A DNA stretch of 64,000 nt from a virus (IMGVR_UViG_2795386110_000001:26114-90113), one strand, 5' to 3'. Positions 28,374 through 38,663 are shown, numbered from the stretch's first letter. Translations and numbers: made by a program. The notes: generated by a model from the sequence alone, not told the origin.

Positions 28374-29765
28374 TCATACAGACCGAAGCAGTCTGCCGAA
28401 GAAGTCGGTCAGTATCGGACGCGCACTCTCCCGGTCTTCCAGCTCGGCGTGGCCGAAGCGGTACACGTGGTAGCCGAGGAGCTTCAGGTCGCGGTCTGCG
28501 GCCATGGTGGCCGCGTACTTGCGAGGGCTCGGCACCGTGCCCTCGCTGTCGGTGAAGTGCTGGCTTCCGTCGACCTCGAGTACGACGCGTTTGCGGCCAG
28601 GCAGCAGCAGCAAGAAGTCCATCCGGATGTGCTGCTGCGCGCGTTCACGGCGCTGGCGAATGGTCTGGTGATCCCAGTGCAGCCATACCTCGGGCAGCAG
28701 GGCGGGCAGCTCGTCGGGCTCATGTTGGTGGATGTTGTAGTACAGGAAGTACAAGTTGTCCTGGCCCGGTGATTCCTTGGGCAGGCTGTCCCGCATACGG
28801 CGGAATAGCAACGATCGGGCCTCTTCGCTGTCCGCGATGCCGTGCTTTTCCTGCCACCAGTTCACGAGGTCACGCCAGGAGAGCCCATCGTTACCGATGA
28901 CGCGGTCATAGACGAGGACCTTGTCGGCGCGCTCGGCTTGGTCGATGACCTCCAAGTCGCCGTCCAGAACGCTGCTGACCCTGATGTCCGGCTTGCCGAG
29001 GGTGGCGAAGATGACGTGTCGCGGCCGTCGTGATGGCGTCTCGCCGACCTGGATCAGTTGGAAGAGCGGGTAGCCGTCCTCTTCGCCGACCACTTGCAGT
29101 TGAGCACCTACGCGCTGGAGGTGCACGTTTACTGCTTCGACAAAGCGCCGCTGCGCTGGCTCGTCGGGGATCGTCGAGGGTGCTGCCAACGCCTCCAGGA
29201 AACGCGCGAAGCGTGGATGCGGCGCATCGAAGCAACCGAGCCGTTCGAAGAGGTACTCGGTGTCCCAGTCGTCGTTGTTCACCACGTGCCGGGTGACCTG
29301 CGCGCGCAGGCTGTTGTCTCGCCCGCCCCATCCGCTTAGTGGATCGTCGTCCAAGACCCACAGCGAATCGAGCATCCCGAGAAGGCGATCCCGGTGACGA
29401 ACATAGTCATCGAGATGGAATGAGGCAGCGAGCTCACGTCTGGCCCGTCCAGGGATCTCGACACAGTTGCTGTCTTGCCACAAGACGTCCTGCAGAGCGT
29501 TGCGATGAACTGCGCTGACGCTAAGCGACTTGTGAGCCAGAACTGCGTGTGCGATCACCGGCAGGTCTGCGTCGCTGCATGCGCTCAGGCTGGCTGTCAG
29601 GCGGTTGTGCTTGGAGACTTCTTGGGCGGTGCGAGGATCCGTGCGTGGCGGAGGGGCAGGCATGTTGAGGCTCTTGCACAGCTCTGCGATGTCGTCGTGG
29701 CGGAAGTTCGCATATTGAGAGACGACCGTCTCATCGATCAGTCTCCTTAGGCTCGCGACGTCCAT
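28374..29765 (-). CDS. AbiJ-N-like domain plus PD-(D/E)xK (Vsr/DUF559-like) nuclease
   Basis: RHVVNNDDW..YLF..LG; RMDFLL..VVLEVDGSQH..DRDLKL.GY.VYRF. Confidence 0.75.
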   Translation of the reverse strand: MDVASLRRLIDETVVSQYANFRHDDIAELCKSLNMPAPPPRTDPRTAQEVSKHNRLTASLSACSDADLPVIAHAVLAHKSLSVSAVHRNALQDVLWQDSNCVEIPGRARRELAASFHLDDYVRHRDRLLGMLDSLWVLDDDPLSGWGGRDNSLRAQVTRHVVNNDDWDTEYLFERLGCFDAPHPRFARFLEALAAPSTIPDEPAQRRFVEAVNVHLQRVGAQLQVVGEEDGYPLFQLIQVGETPSRRPRHVIFATLGKPDIRVSSVLDGDLEVIDQAERADKVLVYDRVIGNDGLSWRDLVNWWQEKHGIADSEEARSLLFRRMRDSLPKESPGQDNLYFLYYNIHQHEPDELPALLPEVWLHWDHQTIRQRRERAQQHIRMDFLLLLPGRKRVVLEVDGSQHFTDSEGTVPSPRKYAATMAADRDLKLLGYHVYRFGHAELEDRESARPILTDFFGRLLRSV

Positions 29766-29921
29766 CTGGGGATTCTCGTACTACCGGGACAGAAAGCACC
29801 ACCCTGCTGGTCGGAGGCCATCCTCAGCGAAAGGGGCCGGAGGACTGTGCTCGACGCCGCACCGCGCCCCAGGGTGTACGCGCTGCCGCAGGTCACGCCC
29901 AGATCAGGTCGTCCATGCAGC

Positions 29922-29987
29922 TAAGATGCCTTTTCAGTCGCTGGTTTAGGGCCGGACTCCTGCGAAGCATCAGGAGTCCCGTTCATG
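29922..29987 (+). promoter_or_regulatory. late promoter and conserved leader, copy 1
   Basis: TAAGAT; GTCGCTGGTTTAGGGCCGG; GGACTCCTG/CAGGAGTCC stem over the RBS. Confidence 0.85.
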
Positions 29988-31631
29988 CCCGAGCCGTTCG
30001 AGCTCCCAGACGACTTCAGCGCCCTGGACGACGAGCAGCTTGCCGACGCCCTTGCCGGCGCCGTCCAGGCCTTCGACGCCAAGGCCAAGTCCAGTCTCGT
30101 CACCCCCACCGACATCGAGGACCTGCGCTCCCTCGCCTCCGGCGTCGAGTCCATGCGCAAGGAGCAGCAGGACCGCATCGACGCCGCCAAGCAGGCCGCA
30201 GCGGAGATCGAGCAGCTCGCCGCGCAGGTTCGTGGCGACGACCCGTCCGCGACGGCCCCCGAGGTGGAAGAGCCCTCGGCGCAGGAGACTGCGGCGGCCG
30301 AGCCGGAGACCGCCCCGCAGCCCGAGCCGCAGGTATCCGCGTCCTCGACGCTGGTGAAGCGGCCGGTTCTCAACCTGGCCTCGGTGCGCGCCTCCCAGCC
30401 GCGCGTCCTGCCCGAGCCGCCCGCCCCGGGTACGCACATCACCGCGGCCGTAGACGTCCCCGGCTACACCCCGGGCGCCCCGCTCGACTTCGGGCAGGTC
30501 GTCACCGGCATCATCAGCCGCGCCAACGCCCTCAAGACGGCCGGCGGCGGCACGGGCCAGGTCATCAGCTACCGGCACCCGTTCCAGCAGGAGCTGATCG
30601 TCACCGACTCCAGCAGTGCGCCGGAGGGCACCACGGTGGCGATCGCCGCGCAGAACCAGGGGCGGCTCCCGCAGGGTGACCTCGTCGCCTCCGGTGGCTG
30701 GTGTGCGCCCTCGGAGACGCTGTACGACATCACCGGCGTGGCCTGCCCGGACATGCTGTGGGACGCCCCGGAGATCCAGCTCGCGCGCGGTGGCCTGCGC
30801 TACTACAAGCCGCTGTCCCTGGACGTCGGCAGCCTCACGTGGGTCCACACCGAAGCAGACGACATCTCCGGTGCGACGAAGCCGTGCTTCAAGATCCCCT
30901 GCCCGGACCCGGTGGAGGTCCGCTGTGACGCCGTCGGTGTCTGCCTGGAGGCAGGCATCCTGACTCAGCGGCACTTCCCGGAGCTGGTGGCCTGGTACCT
31001 GCGTAACAGCATGGTGGCGCACGAGATCCGCCTCAAGCAGGTCCTGTTCCAGCAGGCCCTCAACACCGCGACTCCGGTCGTGCTCGCGCCGAGCTTCGGC
31101 GCCCTGTCGGCGATCTACAACGCCGTGGCGCTCCAGGCTGCGGACATGATCGAGCGGCACAGCCTGTGTGACACGGTCGCGCTGGAGGTCGTGTTCCCGT
31201 GGTGGAGCCGCAACCTGTTCCTGGGTGACCTGGCCCGCCAGAACGGCGTCAACATCTGCGACCTGTCCCCGACCTGCATCCAGGACGTGTTCTCGACGCT
31301 CGGTGTGCGGGTGCAGTTCGCTCGCGGCCTGTCCCCGGCCGTCCCGGCGGACATCGGCGGCGCCAACGCGGCCACCGAGTGGCCGGCCACGGTCCAGTTC
31401 CTCGTCTACCCGTCGGGCTCCCTCCAGATCGGGCGCGGCGAGGAAGTCAACCTCGGTGTGGTTCACGATTCAACGAAGTTCGTGACCAACGACTACACCG
31501 CCCTCTTCGCGGAGGAGTGCGTCGCACTGGTCGACCGCTCCGTGGACACCCGCATCGTCACCGTCCCGGTCTGCCCGGACGGCGCCACCGGCGCGCAGCT
31601 GGAACTCGTCTGCGCCGCTGGCAGCAGCTGA
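29985..31631 (+). CDS. major capsid protein with N-terminal scaffold-like region
   Basis: Coiled-coil N-terminus; LVASGGWCAPSETLYD as in cluster-B-like capsids. Confidence 0.85.
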   Translation: MPEPFELPDDFSALDDEQLADALAGAVQAFDAKAKSSLVTPTDIEDLRSLASGVESMRKEQQDRIDAAKQAAAEIEQLAAQVRGDDPSATAPEVEEPSAQETAAAEPETAPQPEPQVSASSTLVKRPVLNLASVRASQPRVLPEPPAPGTHITAAVDVPGYTPGAPLDFGQVVTGIISRANALKTAGGGTGQVISYRHPFQQELIVTDSSSAPEGTTVAIAAQNQGRLPQGDLVASGGWCAPSETLYDITGVACPDMLWDAPEIQLARGGLRYYKPLSLDVGSLTWVHTEADDISGATKPCFKIPCPDPVEVRCDAVGVCLEAGILTQRHFPELVAWYLRNSMVAHEIRLKQVLFQQALNTATPVVLAPSFGALSAIYNAVALQAADMIERHSLCDTVALEVVFPWWSRNLFLGDLARQNGVNICDLSPTCIQDVFSTLGVRVQFARGLSPAVPADIGGANAATEWPATVQFLVYPSGSLQIGRGEEVNLGVVHDSTKFVTNDYTALFAEECVALVDRSVDTRIVTVPVCPDGATGAQLELVCAAGSS

Positions 31632-31703
31632 CCCACTTCACCCGACGCGTAACCCCGGCCCACTGCCCGGCCGGGGCTGCCCGGATGAGAGGAGGTGAGG
31701 CAG

Positions 31704-32531
31704 ATGCCAGCAGCCGGACTCGCTCGGCGCGTTGAGGCCATCCCCGGTACGCCGTTGCCGCACGGCATCCTCGGCGGCTGCGTCGACATCATCGACGTAG
31801 AGGACGTCCACGAACTCCTCGGCACCGAATGGATGCCGCTCTCGTGCGCCGCCGCACACGACTGGGACTGGTGCCCCGAGGACAGCACCACCCCCGGCCC
31901 GACCAGCAAGATCTTCGAACGGCCCGGCGTATGCTCCGCCTCGCCGATCACGATCTACGCCGGGGCCACCTGCGGCACCATCGGCTGGCCGTACGAGGAG
32001 GCCGTCCAGCACGCCCGCGAAACCCTCCGCATGGGCGAACAGCGCGCCCTGGAGGAATGGTTCGCCCGGGACGTGCTGTGTCCCATGGCCTCCGACCTCA
32101 CCCCCGCGGCCGGCGCCGTGTCCATCGCCCAGGGCGTCGCCGCACTCGAAGGGTGGCTCGCTGAGACGTACGGCGGACAGGGCATCCTGCACGTCCCCGC
32201 CGGAGCCGCCGCGCTGCTGGGCTGCTGCAACGTCGTCCACCTGGAGGACGGCGTCCCGCGCACCCTCATGGGCAACTGCGTGGTCATGGGCAGCGGCTAC
32301 GCCGTGAACGTCGGCCCGCCCGACTGCACCCAGGCCCCCGCCGGTGAAGCCTGGCTCTACATCACCGGCCCGATACGGGTCCGCCGCGAAGCCCCCGTCG
32401 TCGTCCCGGACACCGACGCCGAGAGCTTCCGCATCACGACCAACGACCGCTTCGTGCTGGCCGAGCGGTCGTTCGTCGTCGAGGTCGCCTGCTGCGAGGC
32501 CGCAGCGATCCGGGTGGTGCTGTGCCCGTGA
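31704..32531 (+). CDS. second capsid protein (pentamer-like)
   Basis: Follows the MCP; L..GEQRALE, GVAALE..L, G.LHVP, T..GN.VV.G.GY. Confidence 0.6.
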   Translation: MPAAGLARRVEAIPGTPLPHGILGGCVDIIDVEDVHELLGTEWMPLSCAAAHDWDWCPEDSTTPGPTSKIFERPGVCSASPITIYAGATCGTIGWPYEEAVQHARETLRMGEQRALEEWFARDVLCPMASDLTPAAGAVSIAQGVAALEGWLAETYGGQGILHVPAGAAALLGCCNVVHLEDGVPRTLMGNCVVMGSGYAVNVGPPDCTQAPAGEAWLYITGPIRVRREAPVVVPDTDAESFRITTNDRFVLAERSFVVEVACCEAAAIRVVLCP

Positions 32532-33040
32532 ACACGATCAAGGTTCAGCCGGTGCGGGACCTCCGCGTCGACTTCGCTCGCTGGGCGGTCGCTCAGACCC
32601 CGAAGGTCCGCACCTGCTCCACGTCCGAATTCGCGGTGCCCCCGCAACTGTTCACGCACATGCCGGAACGGCTCCTCGTCGGCTCGGTTGTCGACGGACA
32701 CCCGTACGTCTCCCCGGCCGGGGACGAGACACCGGAGCCGCTCACGACCATCCCCGGCGAGCCCCTGCCGCCCGTACCCGACTTCGCGTACCCGCCGGGC
32801 GCGGTCCCCCTGCCTGAGCAGGAACGGCAGTTGGCCACCACGAGCCCGGCAACTGTGGACGCCGCGAGGACGGCCGTCCTGGTCGCCGCCGACCTCGCGG
32901 CCACCAACCACGAGCAGCCGGCCGGGGCCGCGCCCTTGGAGGGGGAGGGCGCGGCCATCACCTGCGACGTCTGCGGGCGCCCCTTCGGCACTCCGCGCGG
33001 CAGGGACACCCACCGCCGCCAGGCACACCCGGAGGCATGA
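32528..33040 (+). CDS. hypothetical protein with C-terminal C2H2 zinc finger
   Basis: CDVCGRPF..RDTHRRQAH. Confidence 0.7.
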   Translation: MNTIKVQPVRDLRVDFARWAVAQTPKVRTCSTSEFAVPPQLFTHMPERLLVGSVVDGHPYVSPAGDETPEPLTTIPGEPLPPVPDFAYPPGAVPLPEQERQLATTSPATVDAARTAVLVAADLAATNHEQPAGAAPLEGEGAAITCDVCGRPFGTPRGRDTHRRQAHPEA

Positions 33041-33043
33041 CCG

Positions 33044-34666
33044 ATGGCCGTTGAGCCCATTCCGTGCGCACCCGGAGGCGACAGCACCCCGGTTGAGGTC
33101 AACGTCACCACGTGCTGCGCGCCCTCGATCGCCTCGGCAGCCCTGTGCCGCGAGGACGGCAGCACGATCCTCCTCGTCGTCCGGTCCGGGTGCGTCGAGT
33201 GCGGTGAGACAGCGCAGGACCCGGAAGTCGTCGGCTGGATCGACCCAGCCACCGGCGTCTTCACCCCGGGCGCGTCCCCGGCCGACGCAGGCCCCTGCGA
33301 CACGGGCTGTGCCGACACCATCTGCGTCCAGCGGTGTGACGACGTCGACGGGGACGGCAAGGCCGACACGACGTACAACGAGCTGTGGTGCGTCCGCCTC
33401 GACGGCAGCACGGAACTCGTCCTCACCTACCAGGGCGACCCCTCGCAGCCGTACGGGCCCGTCTCGCCCGTGGACTGCGAGTACAGGTGCGTCGAGACGC
33501 AGACGTACGTGCTGTGCGACGACAGCGGCGGCTTCCTGCGCCGCATCACCATCGGCGCCGGCCAGCACATCGTCGAGAACCTCGAACTGGACGGGCTCAC
33601 CCCGCACACCATCGTGGGCACGGTCCGGGTCTGCGGGGACAGCCCGGACACGACGAGCTGTGTCGACACCATCTGCGTGCAGCGCTGCGACGACACCGAC
33701 GGCGACGGCAAGGCCGACACGACGTACAACGAGCTGTGGTGCGTCCACGCCGACGGCACGACCGAGCTGATCCTGACCTACCAGGACGACCCGGCCGAGC
33801 CGTACGGGCCAGCCTCGCCCGTGGACTGCGAGTACGGGTGCGTCGAGACACAGACGTACATGCTGTGCGACGCCTCCGGGGCGTTCCTGCGCCGGATCAC
33901 CATTGGCGCCGGACAGCACATCGTGGAAGACCTCGCGCTGGACGGACTGACCCCGCACACCGTCACGGGCACCGTCGGCGCGTGCGCCGGCGCCACCAGC
34001 GTGACCGCGACGCCGGGCCAGGACCTGACAGTCCTGTGCGACACCGCCGCCGACGGCACGGTCACCGAGTTCGTACGGGACTACCAACGCGACGCGGCCG
34101 GGAAGATCACCGGACACAGCGACTACACCCTCGACGGCCAGCCGTACACCCCGACCGGCACCGTCGGCGTGTGCGGGCCCACCCCCGACTGCCCGGTGCA
34201 GTCAGTGCTCCAGGAGTGCCGGTGCGACGACACCAACGGCGACGGCACCCCCGACGTCGGGTACGTGGAGCTCCTCGCCGTCGACTGCACCGGCACGGTC
34301 ACCACCATCGGCACCTACACCGACGACCTCGGCGCTCCGTACACGCCGGTCTCGCCCGTCGACTGCGACGCCGGAGACGACGAGGGCGCTGACCCCGCGT
34401 TCGGTGTGCAGGCCCGCCGCGCCCAGCTCAACCCGGGCGACACCTGGTCTGCCGACCGCTTCCCGACGCTGCAAGCCGTCACCGCTACCGCGTTCGGCGG
34501 CACCGGCACGATCACCACCGCAGACGGCGCCAGCACCTTGCACGACGGCGAGGCCGCCACCTGGAGCGTCATCCGGGACTCCGACGCCTCGCTCACCGGG
34601 CCGCTCACCATCCACGCGGACACCGGAACCCTCTCCGTCACCTACACCCTGGGAGTCCAGCTATGA
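33044..34666 (+). CDS. Cys-rich modular virion/decoration protein with DxDGDG motifs
   Basis: Two 117-aa repeats; DVDGDG, DTDGDG, DTNGDG. Confidence 0.75.
   Translation: MAVEPIPCAPGGDSTPVEVNVTTCCAPSIASAALCREDGSTILLVVRSGCVECGETAQDPEVVGWIDPATGVFTPGASPADAGPCDTGCADTICVQRCDDVDGDGKADTTYNELWCVRLDGSTELVLTYQGDPSQPYGPVSPVDCEYRCVETQTYVLCDDSGGFLRRITIGAGQHIVENLELDGLTPHTIVGTVRVCGDSPDTTSCVDTICVQRCDDTDGDGKADTTYNELWCVHADGTTELILTYQDDPAEPYGPASPVDCEYGCVETQTYMLCDASGAFLRRITIGAGQHIVEDLALDGLTPHTVTGTVGACAGATSVTATPGQDLTVLCDTAADGTVTEFVRDYQRDAAGKITGHSDYTLDGQPYTPTGTVGVCGPTPDCPVQSVLQECRCDDTNGDGTPDVGYVELLAVDCTGTVTTIGTYTDDLGAPYTPVSPVDCDAGDDEGADPAFGVQARRAQLNPGDTWSADRFPTLQAVTATAFGGTGTITTADGASTLHDGEAATWSVIRDSDASLTGPLTIHADTGTLSVTYTLGVQL
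33308..33985 (+). repeat. intragenic tandem duplication, period 351 bp
   Basis: Units start at 33308 and 33659 (CxDTICVQRCDD..). Confidence 0.85.
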
Positions 34667-35214
34667 GCGGATGCTGCGGGCCGATCCTCACCAGCAGCGG
34701 CACCGGAACCGGCAACACCGACCCGATCACGGACGTCGAGTACGTGACCCTGTGCGACGTCGCCGCCGACGGCACCGCCACCGCCTTCCTCCGCCGCTTC
34801 ACGCACGCACAGGACGGCACCCTGTCCAGCACGGCGGACCTGGCGCTCGACGGCCGTACGGCCTACACCCCGGCCGGCACCGTCGGTGTCTGCTCGGGCA
34901 GCACGAGCACTCAGCCGGTCACGACTCAGACGGCTTCGACGCACCGGCAGGTCCTCAGCACCGCGGGCACGTTCGACGTGTTCGGGGCCGCGACCGGCAC
35001 CGTCGAGTCGGTCACCGTGACCGTCATCTCCACCGGCACCGCGGGCCCCTCGGTGACGACCGCCTCGGGGACCTCCCGCCTCTACGGCGGCGAATCCGTC
35101 ACCTGGTCCGCGCTGCCCGACGTCGCGGCCGGGTCGGACGAGCTCACCGGCCCGCTGTCCGTGACGACCACTGCCGGGGACGTCGTCGCCGTGTCGTGGA
35201 CCGAACGCCCCTGA
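34663..35214 (+). CDS. modular virion protein paralog
   Basis: LCDVAADGT..FLRR..ALDG..YTPAGTVGVC module. Confidence 0.75.
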   Translation: MSGCCGPILTSSGTGTGNTDPITDVEYVTLCDVAADGTATAFLRRFTHAQDGTLSSTADLALDGRTAYTPAGTVGVCSGSTSTQPVTTQTASTHRQVLSTAGTFDVFGAATGTVESVTVTVISTGTAGPSVTTASGTSRLYGGESVTWSALPDVAAGSDELTGPLSVTTTAGDVVAVSWTERP

Positions 35215-35261
35215 CCACCCCTCCCAACCGCCCTGCTTCACCAACCCTGTGAGGAGCCCCC

Positions 35262-35912
35262 ATGTCTGGAACCGGTGGATCGATCTCGACCAGCGCCCCG
35301 GATCGCGAGTACGAGGTCTTCTGTGACGTCGCAGCCGACGGGACGGTCACGCCGTTCCTGCGGCGCGTCTCCGTCGACGGCTCGGGCAACACGACCGTCA
35401 CGGACACCGCCCTGGACGGTGTCACCGCCTACACCCCGGCTGGCACGGTCGGCGTGTGCCCCGAGTCGGTCACCGACTACGAGGTCATCGAGCTGTGCGA
35501 CGTCGCGGCGGACGGTACGGCGACCCCGTTCCTGCGCCGCCTGGCGATCGCCGAGGACGGCACGGTCACCGTCACGGACACCGCCCTGGACGGTGCCACC
35601 GCCTACACCCCGGCCGGCACCGTCGGCCAGTGCCCCGTCACCACCCTGCAGAAGACCGTGACTCCGCACGGCACGCAGAACACCGACTGGGACCTGGCCG
35701 CCAACGCGGGCACCCAGTCCGTGACCCTGCTCGTCTACTCCGGCTCGGTCACCGTGACGACCGCCGAGGGCACCCTCACCGTCCCGGCCGGCGCCACGCT
35801 CACGTGGGGCGTTGACGGCGACGCGGTCGACTCCGGGCTCACCGGCACGCTCACCATCGACGGCACCGCGCCTGGGGCGACGTGGCAGGTCCTCTGGACC
35901 ACGAACCCGTAA
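35262..35912 (+). CDS. modular virion protein paralog with two tandem modules
   Basis: Two CDVAADGT..YTPAGTVG.CP modules. Confidence 0.75.
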   Translation: MSGTGGSISTSAPDREYEVFCDVAADGTVTPFLRRVSVDGSGNTTVTDTALDGVTAYTPAGTVGVCPESVTDYEVIELCDVAADGTATPFLRRLAIAEDGTVTVTDTALDGATAYTPAGTVGQCPVTTLQKTVTPHGTQNTDWDLAANAGTQSVTLLVYSGSVTVTTAEGTLTVPAGATLTWGVDGDAVDSGLTGTLTIDGTAPGATWQVLWTTNP

Positions 35913-35999
35913 GCAGCCGCAGCCTCCCGCAGGCGACCACCCCGTGGTCCCCGCGGGAGGCCGACGCTCGCCTCACCTTCGACCCATGACGGAGAACCG

Positions 36000-36464
36000 A
36001 TGAGCGGAACCGACGGCTCACTGAGGCTTGTCGGCCACGGCCTGGCCGAGCTGCCCGCCGCCGTGGACCTACAGCCGACCGCTTCCGGCGCCTGGACCAC
36101 CACCGGCCTCAAGATCACGCTGCCCGAGGCGGGGACATACCAGCTCGACGCGATGGTGCGCGCCTATCTCCAGGGCACTTCCCCGGTCACCGCGTCAATT
36201 TCCGCCCGCCTCTGGGATGAGACGGCCGGGGCCGTGGTGCCCCGTAGTGAGCTGTGGGTGAACCAGATCGGTATCAGCGCCCCCGCCGGGATCGTGACCG
36301 GCGCCCAGAACACCGCATCCCTGCATGCCGAGTACGCCGTCCCCGCCGCGCGCGTGCTGCGCCTGGAGGCGGCCCGTACGAACTTCCTTGGCTCGACCAC
36401 CACGGCCGGAGTCGCCAGCAACACGGACGGCCGCACGATGCTCCGCTTCAGCCGGATCGCCTGA
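36000..36464 (+). CDS. beta-rich virion protein, paralog group 2
   Basis: LPEAGTY.LDA..ARLWD.TAGAVVP. Confidence 0.7.
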   Translation: MSGTDGSLRLVGHGLAELPAAVDLQPTASGAWTTTGLKITLPEAGTYQLDAMVRAYLQGTSPVTASISARLWDETAGAVVPRSELWVNQIGISAPAGIVTGAQNTASLHAEYAVPAARVLRLEAARTNFLGSTTTAGVASNTDGRTMLRFSRIA

Positions 36465-36482
36465 CCCCTCGGAGAGTGAGCA

Positions 36483-36959
36483 GTGAACGGAACCGCTGGC
36501 AGTATCGAGATCCGTGGCAGCGGCTTTGCCGTCCTCCCGGCGCCCGTGGACCTGATGCGCTCCGCGTCAGGGGTGTTCGTCGACACCGGGCTTTCGCTGG
36601 CGCTTCCGGCCGCCGGCAGTTACCACCTCGACGCCGTCGTGCGCGGAACCATCGGGTGGATGACGCAGGGGGAGAACGCCTTCGTCGGTGCCCGCCTGTT
36701 CGACGTCACAGCGGGGGCCGTCGTCCCCGACAGCGGAGCCATCGTCGTACAGATAGCCGAGTATCCCGGTACGGCGGCTACGGGCCTGGGCTGGAACAGC
36801 TCCGGCGCCATCAGCATCGAGTACGCGGTCACTTCCCCGCGGACGATCCGCCTCGAAGCCGCTCGGCACGACATCAACTCATCCGGCACCACGGACTTCG
36901 CCGGCGTGAGTTCCGACGACAACGCACGAACCACGCTGCGATACAGGCGAGTTGCCTGA
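36483..36959 (+). CDS. beta-rich virion protein, paralog group 2
   Basis: LPAAGSY.LDA..ARLFDVTAGAVVP. Confidence 0.7.
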   Translation: MNGTAGSIEIRGSGFAVLPAPVDLMRSASGVFVDTGLSLALPAAGSYHLDAVVRGTIGWMTQGENAFVGARLFDVTAGAVVPDSGAIVVQIAEYPGTAATGLGWNSSGAISIEYAVTSPRTIRLEAARHDINSSGTTDFAGVSSDDNARTTLRYRRVA

Positions 36960-37025
36960 CGAGCAGCACGGCCCGGGAGCCTCCACCACCCGCAGCCCTA
37001 CCGACCCCCACGTAACGGAGAACCG

Positions 37026-37949
37026 ATGAGCGGAACCGCCGGGCAACTGAGTGCGGACTGCCCAACAGACATCGCCGTCGAGTGTTTCAAGATCCCCGGC
37101 TACCGGTACGCCTCGTACGACAACTCGGCGGCAACACCGTGCGGCACCTCCGCGATCAACGGGACCGTCACCGGGATCTGCAACCAGCCGAACGTACGGA
37201 TCACGTCCTGGCTGATCAACGGCCGCAACGTGCTCGCCGACCCCGTCCCCGACGGCTGGGACAGCTGCGCCATCCCGTTCCTGAACGACTTCGCGACCAC
37301 CCTCAACTCCTGGGACCCGTTCGCCGGGAACTGGTCCGTCGTCGTGAGCGACGCGTGCGCCTACTTCGTTCGCTCCCGGGCGCTCCCGCCCACGGGAATC
37401 GAGTACGGCACGCTCACCGCCACCGACCTGGACACCGGCAACACGCTGACGTTCCAGCCGGTGCAGACCGTCGTGGCGGACGTGTACTACCGGCGGATCG
37501 TGCAGATCAACTGCGATGGCTCGACGTCGGAAAGGTGGACCGGCGCGTCCGGGGCGATCGTCCCGGCACCCGCCCTGGACCGGCTGATCCCCTGCACGTC
37601 GGATATCACCCCCGTCGCCCGGCCGGTACCCACCCAACGTCTCCGCCCCCGCCTCCAGCGCTACACGGGCGCGGTGGCATCGCCGAACTTCGACGGACAG
37701 AACAACGTGCAGACGCTCACCCTGCGCGTGCTCACAGGACCCGTGCGGGTACGCGCGGCCGGGGCTGGCAGCCCCACGCCGACAACATGGACAGACGACT
37801 ACCAGGTCCCGACCGGAACGGTCCTCACCTGGGGCGTCACCAACGACAGCCACGCCCAGCTCGACGGCTCGCTCCTCTTCAACGGTGTCGCAGCCGCCTC
37901 GGACTTCCTCGTGAACTGGACCGAGACCACGCACACCGACAGCGACTGA
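37026..37949 (+). CDS. Cys-containing virion protein
   Basis: C-terminal VQTLTL..VP.G..LTWGV..L.G.L module shared with 33044-35912. Confidence 0.7.
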   Translation: MSGTAGQLSADCPTDIAVECFKIPGYRYASYDNSAATPCGTSAINGTVTGICNQPNVRITSWLINGRNVLADPVPDGWDSCAIPFLNDFATTLNSWDPFAGNWSVVVSDACAYFVRSRALPPTGIEYGTLTATDLDTGNTLTFQPVQTVVADVYYRRIVQINCDGSTSERWTGASGAIVPAPALDRLIPCTSDITPVARPVPTQRLRPRLQRYTGAVASPNFDGQNNVQTLTLRVLTGPVRVRAAGAGSPTPTTWTDDYQVPTGTVLTWGVTNDSHAQLDGSLLFNGVAAASDFLVNWTETTHTDSD

Positions 37950-37991
37950 ACCAGCAGCCGAACCGCAGACATTCCACGAGACGGAGAACCG

Positions 37992-38633
37992 ATGAGCACT
38001 GCCGGCCAGGTCACGGGCATTGCCCCGGTCGATCCCGCCACCTGCAACGCCCTCACGACGACCGCGGCCGGACTGCTGGTGCCGCACACCGAAGTTGAGG
38101 GCATCGCTCCGGGCGGGAGCGTCGGCCAGGGGCGGTCAGTCGACATCGACATCACCCCGCCCGCTGACGGCGCGTGCCCGGAGGTATGGCAGGTTGGCGC
38201 TCGGCTCACGCCAGTGAGCGGGCAGATATCGGGATCCGTTGGCCTTCATACGGCCGCCTTCGACGCGTGGACGGCCGTGACCGGGGCGCAGTTGACGCTT
38301 CCGGAGGCGGGCGTCTACGAAGTGACCGCTGACGTCCAAGCGGGCCTGATCACGGTCGGAACCGTCAGTAACGCGTACATACAGACCCGGCACTTCGACG
38401 TCACCGCGGGCGCCGTGGTCCCGCTCAGCGTGCGGACCGTGATCTTCTTCTCCGCTACACCCGCGATCGGCGTGACGCACACCCTCCAGGCCACCGCCTC
38501 AGCGTCGGCGTTCTACCAGGTGGCGGGCCAGACAACGATCCGAGTCGAGGGCCTGAAGCACGTCGACAGCGGAACCCTGGCCGGCGAAGCCATGTGGGCG
38601 CAGAACTTCCGGTTCAAGAAGATCGCCGACTGA
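37992..38633 (+). CDS. beta-rich virion protein, paralog group 2
   Basis: LPEAGVY..FDVTAGAVVP. Confidence 0.7.
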   Translation: MSTAGQVTGIAPVDPATCNALTTTAAGLLVPHTEVEGIAPGGSVGQGRSVDIDITPPADGACPEVWQVGARLTPVSGQISGSVGLHTAAFDAWTAVTGAQLTLPEAGVYEVTADVQAGLITVGTVSNAYIQTRHFDVTAGAVVPLSVRTVIFFSATPAIGVTHTLQATASASAFYQVAGQTTIRVEGLKHVDSGTLAGEAMWAQNFRFKKIAD

Positions 38634-38663
38634 CCGACGCGGCACGAAGGAGCAGCCACCAGC

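Noticed and set aside
33308-33985. 351-bp repeat as a DGR template/variable pair
   Set aside because: Both copies are in frame in one gene, differences are not adenine-specific, and there is no RT
37949-37958. AACCAGCAGC as an antisense partner of the late leader
   Set aside because: Only 10 nt of complementarity, expected by chance at this GC content
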